Assembly (NCBI RefSeq): GCF_006345805.1
Contig: NC_042998.1
Location: 130,386,001 to 130,450,000, forward strand
Reading direction: 5' to 3'
Length of the DNA: 64,000 bases
Source: Octopus sinensis
Lineage: Eukaryota
Part shown: piece by piece, positions 53,301-64,000 of the stretch
Layout of the letters: every line of letters begins with the position of its first letter
Numbering within the stretch: the stretch's first letter is position 1
Made by a program: the position numbers and the translations under genes
Notes under the pieces: model-generated
Seen by the model: the letters and a program-made list of their open reading frames with translations, nothing else
Databases searched by the model: none
What the model was told of the DNA's origin: nothing

Positions 53301-56300
53301 CCGTGACGGTTTGCAACAAGAAAATGACCCTCGCAACATCGGCAAGCCATGCATTCTACCCTCCACCTTCACGGGAGGACCGCGATATATGCGTGAAAGG
53401 ACCCAAGACGCCTTGACCTACGTGCGCATTTACGGCCGGCCGGACCTCTTTATCACCTACACGTGCAATCCCAGCTGCGACGAAATCACTCGCGAACTCC
53501 GCCCGGGTCAATCTCACACCATCGACACGACATCGTTGCTTGGGTTTTCCGTCTGAATTTGGGCAAAATGAAGGATTTGATAGTTAAGGGTCAGATTTTC
53601 GGGCATGTCAGGTGCCACATGTTTTCGGTCGAGTGGCAAAAGAGGGGCTTGCCACATGCTCACATCTTAATTTGGCTCACTCATAAAATCGAGACTAATG
53701 ACATTGACAAATTCATTTCCGCCGAGATTCCTGACCCCGATGAGGACCCCGGACTCTACGAAATTGTCCGCACTACCATAGTACACGGGCCCTGTGGACC
53801 CAATTACGCCAACACACCATGCTACAAAAACGGATTAGCCTGCTCAAAGGGATTCCCTAAACGGTTCACTTTGGAGACTCAAACAGGCGGCGATGGGTAT
53901 CCGCTGTACAAACGAAGGAGTCCAGCCAATGGAGGCCGCACGATTACGGTTGGGCGACATCAAGTGGACAACAGCTACATTGTCCCCTACTGTCCTCTCC
54001 TGTCGAAGATATTCAAAGCCCACGTCAACGTTGAGTTCTGCAGCTCCATCAGGTCAATACAATATGTCTGCAAATATATCAACAAAGGCAGCGATGCTGC
54101 CATGTTCAGCATCCAGAGGACCACCAGTCGCGACGAAGTGTCCAACTACTTGGCTGGCCGGTACCTCAGCAGCAACGAAGCGTTTTGGCGCATTTACGGC
54201 TTCCCGCTCCATCAGAGACACCCGGCTGTGGTGCAGCTTGCTGTACACTTGGAAAATGGACAGCGGATTTACTTCACAGAGCAAAGTGCTGTGCAGATAG
54301 CCACCAGCCCTAAAGACACAACGTTGACTGGTTTCTTCAAATTATGCCAACGTGATGACTTCGCTCGAACGCTTTTGTACCCACAGGTCCCATCGTACTT
54401 CGTGTGGTCTAAAAACACCTGGGTTCGACGGAAATCCGGCAAAAACGTCGAAAGCTTCCCAGGCGTCAAGTTTGACTCCTGCCTGGGTCGAGTTTACAAC
54501 ATCCCGCCAAACCAACAAGAATGCTTCTACCTCCGTCTCCTTCTACATGAGGTCACTGGTCCAACAGGTTTCGCCAATATACGTACCGTCAATGGGGTTC
54601 TGTGCGACACCTTCAGGGAAGCATGTATGAGACTTGGCCTTCTAGAGGATGACTCCCAGTGGGACGCCACGATGGCAGAGGGTGCTTTACTGCAAACGCA
54701 TTCGGCCCTACGACATCTTTTCGCAATCCTTCTTCAAAAATGTCAGCTTAGTGATCCACTAAGTCTCTGGATGAAATACAGGGATGACATGTCGCACGAC
54801 TTCTTACGTACGGCTCAGCAACACCTCGGCTCTGCACCAGTACGTCCAAGATAATGAACCACGGCTGCTTCCAGACCAGCGCATAGCCTACAATATCATC
54901 GTAGACTCTGTCAGACAGCAACGTGGGGGGATTTTCTTCCTTGATGCACCCGGCGGCACTGGCAAAACCTTCGTCACTAAACTAATTCTGGCAGAGGTCA
55001 GACACAACACGGACATTGCCCTGGCTGTAGCTTCCTCTGGTATCGCGGCCACGTTGCTTCCGGGTGGCAGAACCGCCCACTCTGCCTTCAGACTCCCGCT
55101 CGATCTGGCAAAGTCCGAGTCACCTATCTGCAACATCGCCAAGAACTCAGAACAGGCCGACATTCTGCGCAGATGCAAACTCATCGTATGGGACGAGTGC
55201 ACTATGGCACACAAAGGCGCCCTTGAGGCACTGGACAGGTCCCTGCAAGACATCAGAGACTCTACGGCGCCCATGGGAGGATTAACTTACTTCTTTCAGG
55301 AGACTTCAGGCAGACTTACCTGTTATTCCAAAAGGAACCCGTGCCGATGCCGTGCGCGCGTGCCTTAAGTCGTCAGCTCTTTGGGCACATGTGCGGCCCT
55401 TGCACCTCCAAACTAACATGTGCGCGCAGTTAATTGGTGACAGCGGATCCGCTGCATTCTCCAGGGACCTCTTATCGCTCGGTGAAAATAGGATGCTGTC
55501 TGATGCGGATGGCTACGTTCAATTGGACTCACTTTGCACCATTGTCGACACCCCTGCTAGCCTCCGGGACGCTGTCTTCCACGACCTACAAAACAATTTA
55601 CGCGACCTAAAATGGCTGGCAGGCAGAGCTATTCTCGCACCCAAAAATACAACCGTCAAATCCATCAATATCCAGCTACTTGAAGCTATTCCTGGTGATG
55701 TCCACGTCTACAAATCTATAGATAGGACAGCAGACCCCGCCCAGCTTGCCGATTATCCTGTTGAATTCCTGAATTCACTTGAACCGCCAGGCCTGCTACC
55801 ACACATCCTGAAGTTAAAAGTCGGTGCGCCCATTATGCTCATCAGGAATTTGGTTCCACCTAAACAGTGCAACGGCACACGTTTGGTTGTGAAACATTTG
55901 GCACCACATTTAATAACGGCCACAATACTTACCGGTTGTGGGAAGGGAGAGGACGTCTTCATTCCACGGATGCACCTTCAACCGTCGGGCGCTGACCTAC
56001 CAATCCACTTCAGGCGTTCTCAGTTTCCTGTTAAACTCTGCTTCGCAATGTCCATCAATAAATCCCAAGGCCAAACGCTACAAGTCGCTGGGTTACATTT
56101 GGGCGAACAGTGCTTCGCCCACGGTCAACTCTACGTGGGCTGTTCACGCGTTGGGAGGCGCAATGATGTTTTCATGTTTTCGCCCAAACGGACAGCTAGG
56201 AACATCGTATATACAGAAGTATTCCAGTGAAGACAAGACATTGCAACGTCCACATGCACCTTCGTTCCCTGGAGGGAAAGGACTACATTGGGATTAGTCG

Positions 56301-56353
56301 TTGCCTACTAGGGGCTCTTACATACCCGGGCAACGCCGGGTCTATGCTGCTAG
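50394..56353 (+). mobile_element. Near-full-length canonical Helitron (~6 kb)
   Basis: A|TC 5' end (start could be 50384-50398); 3' hairpin ACCCGG-GCAACG-CCGGGT (56324-56341) followed by CTAG|T; Rep/Hel coding region inside. Confidence 0.95.
51546..56230 (+). pseudogene. Helitron Rep/Hel transposase (HUH Y2 + PIF1-like SF1 helicase), frameshifted
   Basis: Zn motif VCQFCKAKKW..CCSGG; Rep motifs PDLFITYTCNP, VEWQKRGLPHAHILIW, YVCKYINKG; helicase motifs DAPGGTGKT, IVWDECTM, ILAPKN, FAMSINKSQGQT, HGQLYVGCSRV. Split across ORFs 51763, 52531, 53463, 54784 and 55352. Confidence 0.95.
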
Positions 56354-57129
56354 TATATATATAAAACTGAGAATGTGTGTGTGTCTGTCTGTATGTCTGC
56401 GTGTTTCCCTAAAACTTGAGAACTACACAACCAATTTCATTCAAATTTTACACATGCCTTACTTAGGGTCCATGTAGTTTTATGGGCAAAAAAATTTCAA
56501 CTTCTTGCCTAGAGCGAGCTCATAGCAATATTATATCTTCTCCACTATTTCAGTATTACGTGTTAAAAGTGAAATACAAACATTTCTCTATATTATGTCA
56601 GATACTTTAACTTTAACAATAAAAATAATAATAACAATTGACTTATATGTAGTAAGTCATAATTAAAATCAAACTATAATATAATCGTAAGATAACAAAA
56701 GTAAAAATAACAATTGGTATAAAATTGCATTAATGACTTGAACTTGAATAAGTGGTTTCACATGAATGGGAATAAATTAAAAATAAAATTAGTGTGCAGA
56801 AATGGAATAGTCCAGATGGATAATAAAAAATTAAATTAAAGAAAAGACTATTGTCTATAAAGTATACAATGTAGAGAAAAAAGATTTGAACACCTGGAGG
56901 AAAGCACCATCGAAAAAGTGTCTTGGTGCGACTATGAAAGATATCTAACCAGAGGCGGTAAATTCGCCACAATAGAAGCAAGGTTCGAGTCAACGGAGCG
57001 TGCAAGGGAGTACTCGACTCGAACTTGCAAAGTGGAAATATTTTATTTTTAATTTTATATCTGGGACATAGGACGTCCCGGATAAAAATTTAAAATGTTC
57101 CCCCCACCCCAGCAAAAAACATTCGCTAG
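56354..57129 (+). mobile_element. Non-autonomous Helitron-like element abutting the Helitron 3' end
   Basis: TATATATATAAAACTGAGAATGTGTGTG..CAACCAATTTCATTCAAATTTTACAC resembles Helitron 5' sequence. Candidate end CTAG|T at 57126-57130. Confidence 0.55.
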
Positions 57130-57938
57130 TATGGAACGACTTGATTAATGTAGAACACCTTTGCTCATATTTATGAAGCCAGGTCTAATTCCTAAACAAA
57201 ATAAATAAGAAATCATCCCGTAATGCATTTCTCAAAGCGCTAATGATAAAAAGTTTTCATAAAAAATACTTCCAAAGTCTGAGTATAACCACTTATATGA
57301 GCAAGTACAGCTATGACTATTGGGACGTATGCGAATATTCCGAAATGAAAGCAGATTAGACGTTTCGATAAACATACGAAAACAATTATATAGGGCAGGA
57401 GAACACACACAGAATTTATTCTAAGTAATCACTGCTCAATGATTATACTCAAAATATACTTTTACTTATTCAACAAGTGAATCTGCAATACATCCCATCA
57501 CATCACAGATTGTTAATGGAACAATTCACGTAATTCTTATTCCACAAAAATTGCTTCTCGAAAATAAAACAGGACACACAGCACATACACTACACAATAT
57601 CCGCAATAATCAAAATGACTGCCATCATCAATATGACCTTCAGCAGTACACCATTGTGTAACGTCATTGTCAGAGACTTCGTCGTCCTCCTTCTCTTCAT
57701 CATCATCATCAGCATGATACCGAATCTCTGTTCCACTTCTTATTTACATATTTTCTTCTAAAACCTTTTCTATGTTGGCATACATATTCAACAGATTCAC
57801 ATGTGAAGTTAAATGATTGCTTCACAAACTGAAAGGACTATCGCTTTACAGTGAGTTAACTTCGTTGAATATTCACTATCTTTCCATTTCCCCATCAACT
57901 CTTCAGCTTTCTTATCCAGTCCCCACTCTCTCTGCATA

Positions 57939-58028
<90 letters not shown>

Positions 58029-58972
58029 ATATATATATTATACATATATGTATATATGTATGTATGTATGTCTATGTGTGTTTGAATATACACGTCAGTG
58101 TTTGTGTGTAACATACATAATGTCTCCTTCAAAGAATGTGTGTGTTGTGTCTCTGTGTGTCTGTTTCTGTTTGTGAGTAAGTTTCTGTGTTTATATGCCT
58201 GCATGTGAATGCGCGTATACATGTGTGTATGTTTACCTCACCCCTACTTACCACATATAATGCACTACATACCACTCTGTTTACAAATGCATCTACACGA
58301 CTGAATAGTTTCCTTATGTCTTTGATGCCATTTATCAAAGTATGCATTTACATCGTTGTTTCCATTTACTTTTCTTTACACGTTTGACATATACTGTGCC
58401 ATAAATTAGTATTTCTAGTCACTAATTGACATTATTCTCCAGAACCATCTTCGAGCAGAAAACTCCACACGTTAAACTATTCTTTGTTGCACGCATGCGT
58501 ACGCTATAAATTTGATATTAAGATTTATGCACTTACAGGAGTCAGAGAAAATCAGAGAGATATGGGGAAAGCAACAAAGGAAGAAGTCGACGGGAGAGAG
58601 AGTATGTGTGAGAAATTTAAAGACTGACAGAAAGCCAAAGCGAAAGCCAAAGAGGAGGGGAGAGAGAAAGAGAGAGAAGTACATAAATCTTTACCGACTT
58701 CTTGCTTTTTTTTTTTTTTTAATTTATGTTGCATCGTCAACGATGTTTTCTTTATATTGTTTTTCTATTTTTCTATTAGGTTTTTCCTATTACGTTTATC
58801 TCCATGTAATATTCTGCTTTCTAACTCGCACACGCATATACACGTGCATGTACATACGTAGAGACTTGTATGTACACAAACATATGTATATCTATCTGTC
58901 TATCTATCTATCGATCTATCTATCTATCTATATATATATATCTAACTAGCTAGCTATCTGTGTTTTTGTATG

Positions 58973-59006
<34 letters not shown>

Positions 59007-60834
59007 TATATACATACGCAGACCATACACTCACACACTTACAGATATACAGATACACACACACACACACAGATACCCACACACACGCGCGAACGCGATC
59101 GCTATTGTTATTATTTTTGTGTTGGCTCTTCCCTTGTTCAAGTGTGCACTTTATTGCTATTTTCGATGTAGTTTTGTTGTTTTTGTATTTCCCACTTTCG
59201 TTATTCTGCATTAGTTTCTCTCTTAGGACGTGCCGTTCTCCACATAGTGTCTGTCTTTCGAGTGATAACGGAGTTATTCGGGAAGACAAATCAGACTGTG
59301 CACATTTAATGCTAAAACTAACACATTAAGCACTCTTTGTGAGAACAACTAAACTTGAGTTAAAACAGAACATGAATATATATATATATAAACCATCACT
59401 TACAGAGTGCATTTAGCGGGAAAGTTTCTTTGATGAACAATTATTTATAACTCGTTTGTCTCACACACATGTGCTTGTAAGAACCCCTATCTGATGCTCC
59501 CTGCTCAATGTTAATTGTTTTATGGCGCATTAGGAATGCCTGTTGCTAATATATTATTGCTATGATCATCATTATAATTATTATTAGGTAGCGAGTCACT
59601 GAATCGTTAGTACGCAGGACAAAATGCTTAGCAACATTTCGTTTGTCTTTATGTTCTAAATTCAAATCATATCGAAGCCTGAGTTCAAATTACACCGAAA
59701 TCGATAAAATAAGTACCACTAGGGTCAATATAATCCTTAGCCCCTAGGACTACAACATTTTAAGCCTTGTACCCATGAATATAGAAAAAAAGGATTATCA
59801 TAATTATTTTCATCATCGTTGATTGAATATTTATGCCTAACTTAAATTTCATATCCCAATATTACCAAGATATTTTTATGTTCATTATTTGTTTTCATTT
59901 CTCACAATATGTTCTCGCGTCAGCAAATTAATTGGCAATTAAAAAGCTTTGTTATTTCTCTCATGGGTCTACTTTAAAGTTAGTTGATATTAACACTTAT
60001 TACATTTCATATTTTCACTGATGAAATGATATCATGAATCCAACAACAAACAGAAAGTTAACAACAACAATAAAATGACAATGACATCAATAATAACTAT
60101 AATTGTTTCTACAGGTGGAGGGTAGTCGATTATATCAACCTGAAACGTCACTGGTACTTTATCGTCACATGACAGATGAAAGACAAAGTTGATGTCACTA
60201 GGACTTTAACTCAGAACGATAACAGGCGGACCAAATACCACAATGTATTTCCCTTCCGCTGTAATGATTACACTTATCTACCACCTTAAACAGCAGTAGT
60301 TATAATTTTTCCTTCTAGTAAAGTTTCAGCTCCTGATATTTGTGGGAAGGAACTAGTTGATACCACTGACCACCGTGTTTCTCAGTGGGGAGAGTAGCAA
60401 AATCAATCTCTGCAAGATTTCAACTGAAAATTTGACTGGTGGAATAAATGCTACGAAACATGGTTTCGAAGTCTATAACGATTTTTAAAACTAGGCTGAC
60501 TCCACAAATAACAATCCTTTCTACAATAGGCACAGGGTCTGAGAATTTGGGCGAAGTATATCGTTCCCAAATCTCAACTAGTACTTATTTTATCGAAAGC
60601 GAAATGATGAATGGCAAACTCGACATCGGTAGAATTTGAACTCAGAACTTGAAGACGGACGAAATACCGCTAGGGATTTTGTCCGGCGTACTAAAGATTA
60701 TATCAGCTTGCAATCTTCCCTTCAAAAGTAATAATTATAATGATGATCATAATGATAATGCTGATGATGAGGTGGAGGAGGAAGGTAATTATGATGATGA
60801 TGATAAAAATTACATTATTATTATTAATAATTAT

Positions 60835-60945
60835 TGTCTAATACAGACGAAATACAGAATCTGTGGCAATAGATACGAAAGTAGCCCAGAGAACCATAAA
60901 AGCAGGCACGACGGCGTCGGTAAAAAATGCAATTGGATTTGAGAA
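60835..60945 (+). mobile_element. Short R4/Dong-like C-terminal remnant
   Basis: TKYRICGNRYES..KSRHDGVGKKCNWI resembles the CRxCG..RHD.V..IHW motif. Preceded by an ATT/TAA run. Confidence 0.35.
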
Positions 60946-61780
60946 TTCGACGTTGTGGAGTTTGAGTTTACTGCTTTTGATGTCGAGTGTATTTTTCTTG
61001 ATGTTCCATTTTAGTGCTGCTATTGATTTTGTGCTGTTCTCCATGGCAGGCTGCTGAGGATATGGATACTGCTACAGATTTTGTTGCTGATGTTACTGTT
61101 GTGGCAATGATGTATACAGCGTGGAGGGAGGGTCCTTCTTTAATCATTCAGGGGGCATAAAAGTGATGCCGTTCTTTTTTACCCTCCATTTGATTAGACT
61201 GGTCACGCCCTTGCTCTAGGAACTGCTTTTTTTTTGGCAAACCCACTTCGTTCCTTCGACAGCTGCAAAGCACTTACTGTTGTATTTATAGTATATGTAT
61301 AAGTATTACTATTTATTTCCTTCGTCTATGTATAGCCGCAAGGCGTCGTGCTATTTTGTTTGTTTTATTTATATAATGCCTTGTTTGTTTCTGCTTTAGC
61401 ACACATTTTCTAGTTTTTCTCCAGCAGCTACATAAAAGTACTAGCACCTCAAAATTGATCAGTATCAAAAGTAAGAGGCGTAAAACTATTATGATATTTT
61501 GCGCCTATATATATATATATATAATATATATATATATGTATATACAAACAATGTGCACTACGCTATATGTATCAGCTGTCTGTATATCTACCCTCTTTAT
61601 AATGTTGGCAAATACATTAGGAATACGAATGTACATTGTCCGGTGTTTGGAAAATTTCTAAAGGTGACTGAAGATTGCTCGACATTTAAAAATTTATGTA
61701 ATGCTTACAGTGTGTAATAAAATGAAGTAGCATGAAATGATCGTACCACATTACCTCGGATATACTTGTTGCTTATTTTG

Positions 61781-61813
<33 letters not shown>

Positions 61814-61927
61814 AGTCGCTGGCTTCACAAGGATATTTTTTCGAATATGTCTCTATACCCACCAGCAGGTGAAGTGTCAACAACCATACGAAACAAGTAT
61901 ACATGCATAAACACACACACACACACA

Positions 61928-61961
<34 letters not shown>

Positions 61962-62289
61962 CATACATACATAGCGGCTGCTTTCTGGAACATGAGCAAA
62001 GCAATTAATAGAAAGATTCATTGAAATGAGTCATTGATACTGCAATGTGTGTCCCTTATATGACTCTTGAGCCCTGCCACAAATTTGCACATTTTATTGC
62101 ATAATGCAGTTGTATTGGCTGTGAGAACGAACTGGTACTACAGTGTGAAGTGTTTTTTGACATGTCTTTTTAATTCTCCATCTGAACGGCACAAGTTACA
62201 CATGTTCTGTTATCAACAATACCTGTATCATAACTTACAAGGGGTCGATTCCCGTGGCTTCTTTGATGGCTGACCAGGTTGGTATGGCT

Positions 62290-64000
62290 TGAGCATTGCC
62301 TCCTACAAATCACACACATGCACGCTTTTTCTCTGTCTATTTTGTCTTGTGCTTCTCTCTCCCAACTAGCATGTTTGTGTAATGCCTGTTTGTGTTAAAG
62401 CAGTTTCAAGGCAGTCTTTGAACCACATTTTAGGTTTATGTGCTGGCCTTTTACTATCTTTCACTTCATCATACAAAAGTTGCTTAGGATGTCTTCTATC
62501 ACTCATTCTCATCCCACCATAAACAACTTTACAGAATAATCGATTATACACTTCTTTTATCACTCATTCTCACTCCGCCACACACGACTTTACAGAATAA
62601 TCGATTATACACTTCTCTCAAGTGCCTCTACTCCATTGTCCGCCGTTCTTGAATTTATTCCAAGTATGATCCGAAGACAATGTTGATGGATTCCAAATGC
62701 TTCAAATATTTGCGATAAATAACACATATCTCACATCCATTGAGCAATGATGGAAGAACACGTCTTATAAATCCTAACTTTAGTTCAGATAGATATGATA
62801 TGGTGTGACCAAAGACGCTTGTGAAGGCTACCAAAGGCATCACTAGTTTTGTTGATTCTAAATGAAATTTCATTTTCAACACCGGTAATGTTCATAGTAC
62901 TTCCTGAATATGTGAATTTGGTGATGACTTCTAGCCTTTGTTCATAGACAGTTACAGACACTTCCATATAAAGCTTAGAGGAGACAGGCTGATATATAAG
63001 AAAAGTTTTCTTCAAGACAATGTTAAGGCCCCATGCTGTACATACTGTAGAAATCGCATTGACTATGTGTTGTATGTCTCTTTGGGTATCTGCTAACATG
63101 TCACAATCATCTGCGCACAAGAACTTAATGATGTGAAAGTGAAGACCATTTTTTTATGGCGCAAAGTCCTTTGATGTTGAAAAGTTTTTCTGCGTTCCTA
63201 TATCTTATATAGACCTCTTCAGCTCAATCTTCGAAGAATATTTGGAAGACAATCGTAAAATGCAGATGAAACGAAGTTTGGAGCAGGAATATCACCCTGT
63301 TTCACACACCATTTTTAATAAATTGGATCTGACAGGGTATCTCCAGCATTAACTCTCACTCCATCCCGTCATGAAATTGTCTAAGCATTCTCACAAATTT
63401 TTCAGGACAGCACAGATTTTTCAAGATCTCCCAAAGTGCAATTCTATTTACAGAATCAAATGTTTTGTGAGATCAATAAAACTTGGTATAAGTCCATATC
63501 GTGTTCGATACACTATTCCTGTGATTCATCAGCAATGTGCAGATGCAATCTATTCAGAATTACCGTACAAAGAACCTCTCCAGCCACAGCTAACAGACAC
63601 ATTCCACGAAAAATATCGCAGGCATCATTTCCACCCATCGATTTATAAAGTATATTCATAATCGTATCCTGCCAATCTTGAGGAACCACTTTACTATGCC
63701 GAACCCTCGGGATCCCACCTGTACAGGATCAACATTGTACAGTGGTGTTCACCATTATATTTGTATATCTCTCTGCACCTAATTCATCCAAACCAGCAGC
63801 CTTTTAATTTCACGATAGCCGCTTTTATTTCAGCGGGTTTCGGAACTTCTGCTAAACAATGTTTTGTTGGTCTTTCGAAATTATTATCAGGGACAGAGAC
63901 ATCAACTTCAGTGGGTTTATGGAGCAACTCACCAAAGTGATATTTCTGTTTCCCAACCATATCTTTAGGATCTGTTGATAATTCTGTGCATGTTTGCTAC
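62290..64000 (-). mobile_element. Decayed RTE-clade LINE (RT and C-terminus), continuing beyond the window
   Basis: CADDCDMLADTQRDIQ..GLNIVLKKT..KFTYSGST..EISFRINKTSDAFGSLHKRLW; RHPKQLLYDEVKDSKRPAHKPKMWFKD. Confidence 0.88.

Noticed and set aside
61655-61750. CTGAAGA..GCATGAAATGATCGTA hammerhead-like remnant
   Set aside because: Helix I does not pair and helix II is weak.
1-64000. CRISPR array, rRNA or prokaryotic operon
   Set aside because: No regularly spaced repeat-spacer units or rRNA-like sequence. The composition and repeats are eukaryotic.

Overview
AT-rich, microsatellite-dense eukaryotic DNA that reads as intergenic or intronic. The repeat content suggests a cephalopod such as Octopus, but that is inference only. 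I could not support any host protein-coding gene. Almost all recognisable signal is transposon-derived. (1) Penelope-like retroelements (PLEs): a decayed RT+GIY-YIG copy at ~2975-5400, a Naiad-type RT remnant at ~7950-8910, and a young head-to-head inverted duplication of a Naiad-type GIY-YIG endonuclease at 40560-42147. (2) At least ten type-I hammerhead-ribozyme (HHR) motifs from several unrelated repeat families. These include one with a compensatory U3-A8 core and a pair inside a spacerless ~310-bp palindrome. (3) A near-full-length ~6-kb Helitron (50394-56353) that appears to sit inside the 5' end of a non-autonomous Helitron-like element. (4) R4/Dong-, CR1- and RTE-type LINE remnants. 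(5) Five Tc1/mariner-type remnants, a possible pogo remnant and several SINE families. Most short ORFs in the supplied track are microsatellite artefacts. Coordinates were read by hand, so boundaries of decayed elements are approximate.
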